DNA of 64,000 nucleotides, taken from the NCBI RefSeq assembly GCF_964204645.1, contig NC_134035.1, positions 9,766,451-9,830,450 of the forward strand. The letters run 5' to 3'. The position numbers and the translations under genes are program-made. The DNA comes from Tubulanus polymorphus. Lineage: Eukaryota > Animalia > Nemertea. Positions 41,328 through 53,473 of this stretch are shown piece after piece. The notes beneath the pieces were generated by a model that was not told the origin of the DNA, made no database searches, and was given only the letters and a program-made list of their open reading frames with translations. Each line of letters starts with the position of its first letter. Position 1 is the first letter of the stretch.

Positions 41328-42444
41328 AAATAGAGGCAAATACATCAGTGATCGAAGAGACTGCCTTCGCATATATACACTGGAAATTGACTTACATATT
41401 CTTGTATCTTTCGAATCAGAGTGAATCGATAACAAAAAGGGCAAAGATCAAAATCAGCGACGACACTAAAAACGACGGAATTGAAGACATGTAATACGCA
41501 TTGTGCCGTATCAGCGGCAGATCTCATTACATTCGTATCTACCTTTTGTAGTAATTCTTACCACAAATTCAGTGTTCTCCATGTACACTGGAATTCAAAA
41601 GGGGCTGCTTTATGACATAGTGGCTGCTGAAGTAGCAAGGCTTTCGATCCATCAAAAAAATAACTAGTGAAAATCTATGCTTAATTTTGGTATAATCTTC
41701 TATTTTTCACATAAGCTCAATATATCTCAAAGCAGTTACCAGCGTTAATACAATATTAACATCCATTCTGGTAGGGGTAGAAGATATTTCATAAGGGATA
41801 GCTGATTTTCAGAGGGTCGGGTGTAAAAATGAAAGCGGTGACCACCTCTCTAAAACCTGTTATGGAGAACACTGTAATTTGACGTCTCAAAAGTAGTTTA
41901 ATTGAAAATGAACAAGGTCGAGCTATTATTTTGATTTTGAGAGTATTTCGATGATTTCAGTAGTAATTGAGCTCTTGAAAACGTATAGTAATACCCTCAA
42001 ACAGTAATGGTAGTGAGGTCTGCAGCGGTGCTGGATATCACAAAGATAGCCGCGAAGTAGGGCAAATAGGCCTAAGTGAAACGTGTAATTGACTACGCTG
42101 ACATCAGTAAAAGTACGGATCACAAAGCCATATCAATCGATATTATATAAATTTGCATCACAAAAAAAAAATGGATGACTGATCAGAACATTGATGAACG
42201 GGGCAAACAAACGAATAGTGTTATCGACCAGCTGGCCTGTTTTATAGACAAGCCATCAGTTTACTCAACTGACTGTCGTTTAGATTACTGACGTTTGTAC
42301 TCATTGAAAAATGAAGTAGATAAATACTTTGAGTTCAATGATTTTTATAATAACTGGATGCACAATTAATTAACGCGGCTAGGTTAATCATATTATAATT
42401 GACGGGCTAACGAAGAAACTTTGTTACGTTACTCAGGTCACCAG

Positions 42445-43040
42445 TAGGGTCCCTACAGATCAGTCATTCCTGGAGAGGCGCAGTGGCCGAGTGGGTCACT
42501 GGTCTCGTCAATCCAGGGTTTATGGGTTCAAACCCTGGTGGCGACAGAGTTTCTCTAGTCGAAAAAGAAACATTGAACCCGCTTATAATGCCCTGTGTGC
42601 TTAGCGGGTGTTAGAAAAAAAAGATTCCTGGATTTGAGTTTTCAAGGAGAAACATTCATATTACAAGGAAGCGTCTGTATCACTTTCAATCCCTATCACA
42701 ATAGACTGCCTCTAAATCAGTACTGTTTATCTCGGTAAACCATTAATTGGGTGTTTTGTAAACAAATAAATTCTTATCCTTAACACTACCTAAACTTTGA
42801 ATTCTTATTCGGTAACTGCCTAATACGGTAAAAAAGAGATCCTGCTTCCAACCATATTGTTTTAGGCGTAGTCTACTGTACAACCCCAAACATTTCCAAT
42901 CGCCTTTTTCTCAAAATCTAAAGAGTTTTAACGGAGTTTCCGACATTTTCCGCAAATCGAAACAGTTTCGAGCACCTTCAAAAGCAATTTCCATCTATAG
43001 ACGGAGTTCTAGAGGAATTTTAAGGAGTCGTAGGGATCCC
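42445..43040. mobile_element. MITE family with gggtccctac...gtagggaccc ends; copies near 15415-15788, 36895-37163, 57000-57535, 62207-62565
   Basis: TIRs and shared internal segments (gtactgtttatctcggtaaac; cctggtcccaactgta). Confidence 0.75.
42475..42623 (+). mobile_element. tRNA-derived SINE
   Basis: A box tggccgagtgg, B box ggttcaaaccc, A-rich tail, attcctgga repeated at 42466-42474 and 42624-42632. Confidence 0.75.
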
Positions 43041-44884
43041 GCAAGCTTCGTGCGACCGGCCCCTGGTTATCAACCGTATAGGTGTAATAACTGAAACCAG
43101 CACCGGGGAATAATGACGGAGAAATAGATTTCGAATTATTCAGTACGCGCCTGTAGGTGCGTATTCAGTCATGCGACGGCGGGTGGAAAACATTGCCTCG
43201 AAAACATTTGGAATTCTGCCATACTATTTATTACTAGCAAATTTTTAATCATCGCCCATCTTAAAGTACATCGACGATAAAACGCGCTTCATCATCGTCG
43301 CAGTCAATGAATATAGGTTTATATCTGATCGATGGCGATTATGATCATCAGGTGAACAGACAAAAACTCTTCAAAGGACAGCCATTCGACGTCGATGATG
43401 ATGATGATGATGATGATGAAAACGACCGAGCCATATGTTTTAAACGATCACTCGTAAAAGAATGCATATAAACGTATACAGGAGAATTCGCTTATTTCGG
43501 ATCATTTCAGGACGGATGAAATGTGATTAAGAGACGACACCCACAATATCAATTTGAACGACCGTTATCATTTTCTCAATATGTTACGGGTGGAATCCAT
43601 GAATCGGGACGTTCCACCGTTTTGAAAGCGTTTTCTAAGGTGTGGCCATATATGCACCTGGACCCGGATTTATAGATTGGTGCTATCTTTAACCTGAGGG
43701 TTAACTCAATTGAAAATAGCATAGGCCTACATGAGGCATATGCACGAAATCGAAAGGTATCGAAAGGTACATGACCAAGAATCTACAATCTCAGGACAGA
43801 ATTCCCGGATTTCCATGAGAAAATGCCCAGATTCCGTGCAGAGAATTTGAAATACTAAATTCCTGATATTCCCCGATCCGCAGACCTGGCCTGATCATTA
43901 TCATGGCCATATAACGGCCCCATCTTCACACAGGACTCGATCCTGGAAGGCAAATGAACCCAGAAATACCCAATCCATGTTCGATACATAAAAAACCGGG
44001 AACCACAGAGTTGGGATTGTATCATATGTTTACCAGTAGCAACCGAGGAGAGGAAAACCTTTGATGTCACGGTATTTTTACTACACCTATCAAATTACGA
44101 TGTCACGTACGACATTTAAACACTACTTCACGATCGTACCTAAACAGTTTAAAACATTTAAATTCGTTCGTTAGTCTTGAAATTGTTTGTTAAAACTTCT
44201 TCTAAGGAATTAAGGCTCGTCGTGCTCCGCAGCGAATCAAGGGTTTATTGGAGCGTAATTTCTCGGGCCGGTTGATCTATAATCGCCTTTTGTCCGGTCG
44301 GTCACGTCACACGGTCTGCGTTCTACTGAAAAATAAATACCGCGGGTAGTCCGCGCGTTATAACCGGCTATAAACCTGGCCGCCATTCATTCGGAATTCT
44401 GACGCCTGAAATAAATGCTGATTAATGTTAAAAGAGCATTAAATCCGCAGTGCAGTTCTCTACACGTAGAAATCGTCCATACATTCTTTCATACCTGCTC
44501 AATTCCTATCATAAACAGGGTCGGATCAAGGTCTGAAGATCTTACCAAATTCTTCGAGGGCAAATCCATTAGAATTTAGGCCATACTGGCAGAAGTGCCA
44601 CTTTGACCACTTTCCAAAATTCCGAAAAAATTGTGCATTTTTTTCACAGAAATTTCCAACTTAAAGAAATTTCTTTTGACTAAATCGTGCTCTTTTGTCG
44701 AAATCTAAGCGCTTTAAATGAATCTTCCATTTTTAAGATACTTTTTTGGACCAAATTGTAACTTTTATGAAGTAACTTTCGCACCAAATTACGCCCTCTT
44801 CGAAAGTGCCTTTTAATGAATGGAATGTTGAATTGTGATGAAGTTACGACCCACTGTATCCGTCCCTGGTAAAACTATGAAACT

Positions 44885-45022
44885 TATAAATCCTTAACAG
44901 AATCACAACTGAAACGTAGTTCATCCTTGAAAATGATATATACATATGATGATCAATTTCACTGATATATCATTTTCAAGGATGAATTTGTTCAAGTTCG
45001 TGATTCTGTTACGGGATTTATC
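44885..45022. repeat. ~140 bp inverted repeat
   Basis: ataaatcc.taacagaatcac...ttcatccttgaaaatgatata / tatatcattttcaaggatgaa...gtgattctgtta.gggatttat. Confidence 0.8.
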
Positions 45023-45046
45023 GGGAGTTCAGTTCATTATCATCAC

Positions 45047-45185
45047 GGGCCAGTTGCACAGTCATGACTTAAGTCCAAAAGTGGTCTTAAATCTTAAGAC
45101 TGGTCTTAAGTCGTTAGATCGGCTATAGAAATAAGTTGGTCTTAGACTGGTCTTAAGTCTAAGCCATGACTATGCAACCGGCCCC
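45047..45185. mobile_element. PIF/Harbinger-like MITE of ~120-140 bp (gggccagttgcacagtc...gactatgcaaccggccc); copies 5055-5186, 26877-27012, 59782-59900
   Basis: GGGCC TIRs; the 59782 copy is flanked by a CTG/CTG 3-bp duplication. Confidence 0.8.
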
Positions 45186-46473
45186 GTGTGTTAACATAAA
45201 AGTTAAAAACAAAGTTTTCCATTTTTTACAAAAGTACTTACCAGAGTCAGGCGTGTCCCGCAAACATCAGTATCCTAACACCGACCCAACTCAGCTGGCC
45301 GTCCCGTCATCCGGTATCGACGAGCTATCCGGCTCCGCAACCCGAGTTATATCCACACGCGCCGACCGGTTTCACCCGGCGTCATCCGGCAACGCGCGGC
45401 CGGGCGCGCGCCCGTCCGCTATCCGAGGCCGCTACCAGCGTCGCGCACACGTTATAAATTTTGGCACTTTTAAGAACAGTACTCGCTACGCGTACGTACG
45501 AAGAATTTACGAGGTTTCGATTCGTTCCCGCGCGTACACCGATATAAAGAAGACGAAGAAGGCATCAGAGTGCGGTCGACGATCATGGACAGAGAGAGAA
45601 ACGCGCGCACACGATTCAGAACTGTGTCAATCGAGAAGACGCCGGGTCCGCGAGAATCCAGCCGGGCTTTTCGTCCGTAAATTCAGTTTAAGTTGCATAT
45701 TATCATCGTCGTCATCATCATCATCACCATAAAATCGGGAGACTCCGCAAGGTTTTTTTTCTTCTCTTTTCGATCTATGTTTTGCTTTACATGATTTTTC
45801 TTCCCCGTAAAAATAAAAAAAAGGCTACCTAACATTTTTAGTAGTAATAGTAATACATAACTCGCGTGATGCTAAGATTTTCAATAGTAGTAACAGTAAT
45901 AAAATGACGACGCTTATTTTCGTTTTCCGTTGATCGTGACTCTCTCTCACTCTAAAAACATTGAATACTCTTAAATTTGTTTTTAATTTCTTCGTTAAAA
46001 CATTTACATAATAGTTTACATCTGTTAATAGCAATACGTAATCGGAACTAATCGTTTTTGTTCATTTCAACTTTTCTGCCTTATGAAAAAAAAAAAAAAA
46101 GAGAAAGACGCAACAACGCGTAGCCGGAAAACTGGTATGGTCATTATATACGTCCGAAAAAGTCCAGCTCGCATTAATGCAATGCCTAATATCTTCTCGC
46201 TATCTATAACTTTCTTAACATTCTCTCTCTCTCTCTCACTCTCTCGATCTCGCGACATTCACTCTCACTCTCTCTCTCTCGAGAAAGTCTTTCTGAGGAA
46301 CATTTGAAAGTAATTACTTGAGCAACGACATTTTTGTAAAAATCACAGTTAGGTTTGTGTGGGTAATTAATTATTCTATAACATCATCATCACCGTTATC
46401 ATCACCATCATTATCATCTCATTAATTAATATAACAATGAGATCTGCAATAGTTAGTAAATTATGCCTCGCGT

Positions 46474-46504
<31 letters not shown>

Positions 46505-47350
46505 GTCTCTCGAGCGATTTCTTCTAAACTCTTTTTTTTCGCGGTTCGTATTTCGAAGGGACGAAGGGAAGAAGAGAACAATCCTGATTTCATCGACGAA
46601 CACGAACGAATTTCGCGATTAAAAAGGGGGGGGGGTGGTAGGTTACTCGAGAAACATGCTTCAAAAAGTGATAAAGGTTGTTTTTTTTTCGTATCGATAA
46701 CACTATAGCAGAAATTGAAGTTAACACTCGATCCATCTTATATATCGACCTCGGGTTTACGTGGTTTTTTTTTGCGGCTCGAAGATTTATCACACACCTA
46801 CGTTTTTCTTTTTTAAATGTAGCAGTAATAGTAGAAGTAGTAGTAGTAGTACTAGTAGTAATAGTAACGACGATAATTCTAAATATGCAAAAATTCTAAA
46901 TACTTGAAATCGAGAGATATTAGTTTTAAGAGTTATCTATGAAGGAGTCAAAGTTCGTCGTTGTTCGCACGCATGCGGTGTGTGTATAAAATGAAAACTA
47001 TCGATTATTCGAGTGAAAAAACCACGTTCGTTTTTGCGGCCAGAGAAATATAAATATACATATATATATATATATAATATATACATATGTATATACATAT
47101 TCAATAATATTCTAGACTATTTTCAGATTCGAAAAGCAAAAGATACACACGCAGCTTACACATCTTAACAATAATAATAATAATAATAATAATAAGATTA
47201 TCATCATAGTTATATTCAATCATATCTATATACATATAGATGTACGGTGTACATGAAGTGATTTTTGCCTGACTACAAGTTCCACACATTCGATAAAACA
47301 CATAATCATCATCATCATCATCATTTAAAAGAGGAGTCGATTTGTTTTGG

Positions 47351-47356
47351 TTTATT
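47351..47356 (-). terminator. Candidate AATAAA poly(A) signal in Kv1 3' UTR
   Basis: tttatt on + strand about 440 nt past the stop. The AT-rich, transposon-free stretch extends to about 45.2 kb, so the UTR may be longer. Confidence 0.3.
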
Positions 47357-47792
47357 TTAGTAGTAAAACGATAAAACAGGTGGGTTCATTCCTTTTTGCA
47401 TCGATATTTAATTATCATAATAATGGTAGTAGTATTAATAATAGTAATCATAATAAGTCTATGGTTCAGAAGCGTTGAGCTTGTTGTAATATATAAAGGC
47501 ATCGTTTGATTGACAGAAATTATTCATATATATCGCAGATACATAATACTCTTTGATTAACCGTACGACTCTTCGGAGGTGTCACTCTTTTTTTTAAAAC
47601 CAAAAAAAAAAAAAAAAAAACGAAATTCGTCATCTTTCAACATGAGAGTGAGTTCGCTTTTTTTTCTTCTTCTTCTAATCGTATTATAGTTAGTAACAAA
47701 ACATATACGCGTATGTGTTATAAAAACCTAAACTGGAAGTCTCCATCGCTGCTATCAAAATGAAAAACCAAATGTCGCTGGTAGTCTTCGTT

Positions 47793-49391
47793 TCACACGT
47801 CCGTCTCGATGCTGACACTGTTCACCGGCGAGTAGTGCACACGCGTGCCCGAGCCCGGGTTGTTCGACTTCGAACTACTCGTGTGGTTCTGCTTCGTTCT
47901 GTCCATGATTATCATGCCCTCCTCCATCTCCATGATGTCCGACACGCTGCCCTGCGACGACTCGGAGCCGCGTTTGCCGCGCGGGAAGTTCGGACACGCC
48001 GTCTGCACGTGCACGTAGTTCTGCTTTTCCTCGTTATCCGTTTCGCGGTGGTAGAAATAGTTGAAATTGGACACAATGACCGGCACGGGCAACGCGATCG
48101 TCAACACGCCGGCTATCGCGCACAACGAGCCGACCAGTTTGCCCCAGACGCCGATCGGGCGCATGTCGCCGTAGCCGACGGTCGTCATCGTCACGACCGC
48201 CCACCAGAACGCGTCCGGTATACTCTTGAAGTGCGAGTTCTGCGAGTCGGCCTCGGCGAAATACACCGCGCTCGAAAACAGTATAACTCCGATGAACAGA
48301 AAGAAAATTAGTAATCCGAGTTCGCGCATGCTCGCCTTCAGAGTCTGACCCAAGATCTGTAATCCTTTCGAATGTCTCGACAATTTGAAAATTCTAAAAA
48401 CGCGCACTAATCTTATAACCCTGAGTATAGCTAACGACATTCCAGGGTTGTTGCTCTTGCTGTCGTCGGCGATGACGGTGCCGAGCGTAATGAAATAGGG
48501 AATGATAGCAACGATGTCGATGAGATTCATTATATTTTTGAAGAAGCCTAATTTTTCGGGACACGACGCGAATCGCACGAGCAACTCGAACGTGAACCAC
48601 ACGATGCACGCGGTCTCGATGACGAAGAACGGCTCGTTGAACTGCGGTATGTCGTCCTCCTCGATCGACTCCTCGCTCTGGCCGATCGTCTCGGTCGAGT
48701 TGATCACGCGGTAGTGTTTGAATTCCGGTAACGTTTCTAAGCAGAATATAACGATGGAGACTAAAATCACCAATACTGAGAATATAGCAATAATACGAGC
48801 GGGCATCGAGCTCTCCGGGTACTCGAACAGTAGCCAGACGCGCCGTTGAAATTCGTTGTCGGGCAACTGTTTCTCGGGCTCTTTGATAAATCCTTCGTCC
48901 TCGCGGTACTTCTCGATCGCCTGGTCGCCGAGTTCGTAGAATTTTATCTCCTCGGAGAAGACGTCCAACGGCACGTTGACGGGTCGCCGTAGACGCCCGC
49001 CGCTCTGGTAGTAATACAGTATCGCGTCGAAGCTCGGCCGGTTGCGATCGAAGAAGTACTCGTTGCGCAACGGGTCGTAATATCGGTTGCGCTTCGTCGG
49101 GTCGCCGAGCAACGTCTCCGGGAACTGGTTCAGCGTTTTTACCTGCGTTTCGAAACGCAGCCCGCTGATGTTGATGACGACCCTCTCGCACGAGTCGTAG
49201 TCGCCGAACGCGGTGCCGCGGTCCACCTGCGCCAGCAACGTCTCCGGTTCATCGCTCAATTTCGGAAACGACCTGGAATTTGGAAGAGTGGACGATTGGT
49301 TACTCCGATCCCGATTCATCATACGCGCCGTATTATAAGTAGGTGGAGGGCCACCGTTGCCCCCCTCTAGCCCAGCCATAGCCACTTCCAT
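47793..49391 (-). CDS. Sh: Shaker-family (Kv1/KCNA) voltage-gated K+ channel alpha subunit, 532 aa, uninterrupted ORF from MEVAMAG
   Basis: T1 domain ([15 protein letters not shown]...[21 protein letters not shown]), S4 ([21 protein letters not shown]), pore TTVGYGD, S6 PVP and C-terminal PDZ ligand ETDV. The ORF track starts at GTG 49586. The first in-frame ATG is 49391 (aagATGG), giving [10 protein letters not shown], which matches the Aplysia AKv1 N-terminus as I recall it. Confidence 0.97.
   Translation of the reverse strand: MEVAMAGLEGGNGGPPPTYNTARMMNRDRSNQSSTLPNSRSFPKLSDEPETLLAQVDRGTAFGDYDSCERVVINISGLRFETQVKTLNQFPETLLGDPTKRNRYYDPLRNEYFFDRNRPSFDAILYYYQSGGRLRRPVNVPLDVFSEEIKFYELGDQAIEKYREDEGFIKEPEKQLPDNEFQRRVWLLFEYPESSMPARIIAIFSVLVILVSIVIFCLETLPEFKHYRVINSTETIGQSEESIEEDDIPQFNEPFFVIETACIVWFTFELLVRFASCPEKLGFFKNIMNLIDIVAIIPYFITLGTVIADDSKSNNPGMSLAILRVIRLVRVFRIFKLSRHSKGLQILGQTLKASMRELGLLIFFLFIGVILFSSAVYFAEADSQNSHFKSIPDAFWWAVVTMTTVGYGDMRPIGVWGKLVGSLCAIAGVLTIALPVPVIVSNFNYFYHRETDNEEKQNYVHVQTACPNFPRGKRGSESSQGSVSDIMEMEEGMIIMDRTKQNHTSSSKSNNPGSGTRVHYSPVNSVSIETDV
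49273..49292 (-). other. Internal (exonic) 3' splice site in Kv1 CDS
   Basis: Minus strand reads tccactcttccaaattccag|G TCG TTT CCG AAA TTG: pyrimidine tract plus CAG, phase 2, directly before SFPKLS. Confidence 0.7.
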
Positions 49392-50112
49392 CTTTTGATT
49401 TTTAAACTGTGGACGAAGAACGGGGGTAAACCCCCACTTCTCAATAAAATCTAATTTCGAAATTTTGATTACGTTTATAACTATACTAGGCAATAGGCGG
49501 CCGAACCCGTCGTTAATAGCAACAACAACGCTTCGAGCGGCCCTACGACGAAAACCATCGAAAGAAGAAACTCTCGACCCATCCACTTTCGAAATCTGTC
49601 ATTCTATAATAATAACATCCAGTGCAATCGTGTTTAAACATCTAAACTCCGGCGGACGAATTTTAGTCCGTATCAATCGAGCGGACATCTTTTTTTTCTC
49701 GTGCTCGTTTCGGAAGAAGCCGTCGTCGCCGTCACACGCCGCCTCGCGATGGTTCCTCGAATCAACCGGTTATATCCCGACGTTACGACAAATACACACA
49801 CTACGTGTTTAAATACGTATTATAGTGATAGCTACGTGAACGAAATCGAACCCCGTCGTCAATAATAATAAGTCGGTATCGTCGCTTATGATTGTAGATT
49901 AGGGGTGTGTGCAGAGCCGTTTTATAAGACAGTACAGAGTAGTGATCGTGACAATTTTGGACGTAGAACGCGCTATATCGACGCAACGTGTGCCTAAATA
50001 AAACTAACGTATCTCTAGGCTACAGCTCTCTCTAGTAATGACAACATCAGTACTATACTAGATATAGTAGTAAAACACCACATCTAATCATAGATCGTAA
50101 TAAATAACTCAC

Positions 50113-50225
50113 ATCCCTGTTGCTGCTGCTGCTGTTGCCGATGAAGCATCATCGTTTATGATATTATTAGTATTAACGTGTCGACAATACGAACATATTA
50201 ATAACTTGAAAGGCGCTTTCACCAT
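50113..50225 (-). CDS. Putative alternative Kv1 5' exon (MVKAPFKLLICSYCRHVNTNNIINDDASSATAAAATG+M), or a non-coding leader exon
   Basis: 37 codons plus AT, donor |GTGAGT, phase 2. Confidence 0.4.
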
Positions 50226-50299
50226 CGAAACAGGTCATCCGATGACACTGACAGCCATTCTAACTCGAGCTATCATCAAATCTTCATGGCTCTAGCTAT

Positions 50300-50891
50300 A
50301 GCTGGAGTGTGTGTACTGTAATGTGTAGTGGTGCCAGTAGAGAAGTAGCGCGTTCATAGCCACCAACACCGCCAGAATAGCGGTGATCAGGCGCTAATCG
50401 GTCGCGATATAAACCGCGTATAAGATTCCCGGTTGCTTTCGAAATTCGCGATAAACGATACCGACGATTATTAATTCGTTAAAAACAGGAAATCTATCGT
50501 AGATTTAACCGGTTGATTTCGAGGAAAAAACAGCGACGCAAATTGTGCGGCGCTTATTGGCGCGCAAGGATACAGTATACTGGCGGTATACTAGCTGAGC
50601 TTACCCGGCTTCATACAGTCCGTCAGCGCGCACCTTGCACGGAATGTACGGAGAGCCGTATGAATTAACGACGGACTGCGGTAAGGGGTGAGCAGTTAAT
50701 TGGTAGTTCAGTTTATAGCGTGTGTTGGCTATGGCTTCTTAGTTTAGAGCTAGTTTTGCGTGGAAAATCGTCGAGAAACAACCGTTCGTGGTCGGACCGT
50801 GATCGCAAACCGACTCGTATCGAACCGTTGAAGTGATTACTGATTAAAATCGTGCACTAACACCTCGTGAAGATACGGCTAGACAATAAAA
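50300..50891. promoter_or_regulatory. Probable divergent promoter/leader region between Kv1 and SNRNP70
   Basis: The two start codons are 1.5 kb apart in head-to-head orientation. The region is CpG-containing and free of the repeat families common elsewhere. TSSs cannot be located. Confidence 0.45.
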
Positions 50892-51029
50892 ATGACACAA
50901 TATCTACCACCCAATCTACTGGCACTGTTCGCGCCTAGAGACCCTATTCCTCACCTACCGCCCATCGAGAAAATTTCGGCGGAATTGCGTCCGTACACCG
51001 GCGTGGCTACTTTCCTGGGACAATTCGAG
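50892..51029 (+). CDS. SNRNP70: U1 snRNP 70 kDa protein, first coding exon ([18 protein letters not shown]...GQFE)
   Basis: Diagnostic U1-70K N-terminus; aaaATG start; phase-0 donor GAG|GTAATG. Confidence 0.96.
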
Positions 51030-51470
51030 GTAATGTCACCCTACTGCTTGTCTTTATTTTATTCGTTTGTAACTTGTCATGCTTTGGGTTGGACGAGAAG
51101 AGAGCCGGAGAAGAAGGGACCTGCTGCCGGGGGCGGTGTGGCGGTGGGGTGTAAAAACGATAGAATATATAAATATCAAGCCATATTAAAGTCCGGTGTT
51201 GTTATATAGATGTAGTAAAAATTAGACGAGAAAATCGATTAAGATTGATTTTGTAAGTAAAGGAAAAAGCGCAACGTTTTTTTCCGATTTCAAAAACATG
51301 GACGGATAATGAAATGAGAAAATGAGAAGCGATTTTTGAAAAGTGCTCGACACGCAAATACGAAATATATATATATGAATATAGGTTTTTATTCCCGGTT
51401 AGAGAGATGTAGATATTATAAAGATATATATAGAGTAAAATTGTAAGATTTTTAGCGGTTGTCAACTTAC

Positions 51471-51511
51471 AAATTATTGTCGAGAATGGTCGATACTATC
51501 GCTGATGCCAT
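51471..51511 (-). CDS. Putative short alternative Kv1 N-terminal exon (MASAIVSTILDNN+L)
   Basis: ataATGG context, 13 codons plus TT, donor |GTAAGT, phase 2. Confidence 0.4.
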
Positions 51512-51537
51512 TATATATCATATACGGGTAGTTCCAG

Positions 51538-51575
<38 letters not shown>

Positions 51576-53473
51576 TGTTAGTAGCTAGATCCGTAAAATT
51601 AGCTTGATTGATTTGCGCGACAAACGATCATCAATTTATTTGCGCGAGGTGAAATTTTGATCAGATAGAATTCTTCTCTCTATGAAATTTTTTTCGTTTT
51701 TTTTACATTTTTGAAATTTCTAAAAAAAAAACTACGCCTACACTAAATGCGGAGCCCTATAGTAGCTGTTTAAATCATTAGCTATATATGTATATTCTCG
51801 GCACTCGAGAGAGAGATATAGTAGTGAAGCCTACAACGCGCGCTCTCTCTCCGCCGCGCAAAACGGTCGTTTGCGCGAAATCAAACGCAAAGACAAGCGC
51901 GCTTAGTCCAGCTGTGTTTCGTGATAGGTTCGGATCAAAAACAGCTGCTCTAAAGGATTAAAATCAATCGCCGGTTCAATGTGTATTGTCTGATTTCAAA
52001 ATGTTTCTCGCGATGACGGCCGGTAGTCTGGCGCGCGAGAGTTTTGGTGTGTGTGACTCGTCGCTGCTAGTCGTGTTGTAGTGTCTATTGTACGTCGCTG
52101 GTGAGTTTCGACTAAGCCGACCTGTTCGTGTGCATTCAGCCAGCAGCTCGTGTCGTCGTAGTCGTCGTGCGTTCGATTGTAGCCTCCAGATGGCGGACTC
52201 GACTTGAGGAATAAATCAATCCGGGGCTGCATGAGACATCGTCAGCGTATTTCACACGGTTACGACGACGACGACAACGTTATTAAACGGCGATCGTTTT
52301 CACCGCGGTCATTTTTAATCCGTGTCATTATTATTATTATGTCGCGCGTCGACGTAAATATCACCAGTTCGTACGAACGGTTAACGTTTTAAAAACTAAA
52401 ACAATTGAATAGACGCGCGCTGGCGCTAAAACGTTCGTACTCGTAGAAATAATCAATGTCCCCCGCGCGTGTTGCGGTTATTAACGATGACAATAGAACC
52501 CGATCGTTCCGATAGTTACATCCAGCGCGCCGATCGATTGTCCCCGAATTCGCGCGTGATTCGGTCGGTCGGTCGGTCGGTCGACAGAGAGAGAGATCGC
52601 TACGCGTTCGTTCGACGGTTTATATTCCGTTCATCGCGAGGATGATCCACGGAATGATGATTGCAGCCAGCCCATCTGCCGCCAGTAGTGCGAGGACAAC
52701 AGTATGTGTGTATATATGTACGCGCGCGAGGAGAGAGAGCTCGGAGTGTGCGTGTGTGTCACAATACACAATATAATAGTGATACTATTTAGTAGATACT
52801 CGATTTGCATATTCAAATTCTATTGGTAATTGCATCAATGCAAGGTGCAACCAATTATGTACTAGCATAAATATTTTATTAGTGTTAATGTAGACTGAAC
52901 AGTGCGCGTATCGGCTCCTAAAACTGTTTAGTTATCCGACATTGCGACGCATTGGTTTTTGCGCGACGGCGCGTGTTTGCGCGATCTGATCCGATTGATT
53001 CCGATTCGGCTGGGATTTTGATTTAAATTTTATCGTCAGTATTTAATAGAAATTGAACGCGTTGAAAATGTCGCGCTGGTTATGAAGATGGGATAAACCC
53101 TAAGGAGATCGGGGAATTTGGCCGTGGGGGTTGGAAAAAATTTCGTACAGACCCTGTGCTGTAATGGATGCCTTAATTTCCACCGCGCTTGCATGAATTT
53201 CAATTTGTGAAGAATGAATTGATTGTTAGATTCAAAACCTTGAAATTTCTCTGATTCACTCGGGGAATTTTGTGTAATCACGTGAAAAGCTCAAAAAGAA
53301 TTTATAATTCTTATATGGGCAGAAAGTCGCCACCCTGATTATGTTTTAGTCATGGACTCTTAAGTTAAGGGAATTTCTGCTTCCCTGATCTATATATAGT
53401 TCCTGTTGAACTTAGTCATTCATTATGTACGATTTATCCCGGTAGCGATTTTATGGGGTAGTTTTACAAAATA

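Noticed and set aside
42475-42548. tRNA gene
   Set aside because: D and anticodon arms are degenerate, and a SINE-like body, A tail and target duplication follow.
48394-49191. 265-aa alternate-frame ORF, plus the 183-aa antisense ORF at 47760-48311
   Set aside because: Shadow ORFs expected from GC-rich codon usage in the Kv1 CDS.
49392-49586. 65-aa N-terminal extension of the 597-aa ORF call
   Set aside because: It starts at GTG and has no Kv1 similarity; MEVAMAG is the conserved start.
51030-51209. Continuation of the 105-aa ORF past GQFE
   Set aside because: Intronic read-through; U1-70K similarity resumes at 56403.
51996-52232. Minus-strand 78-aa ORF in SNRNP70 intron 1
   Set aside because: Its only plausible donor (CAG|GTCGGC) is weak and phase 0, incompatible with the 49272 acceptor.
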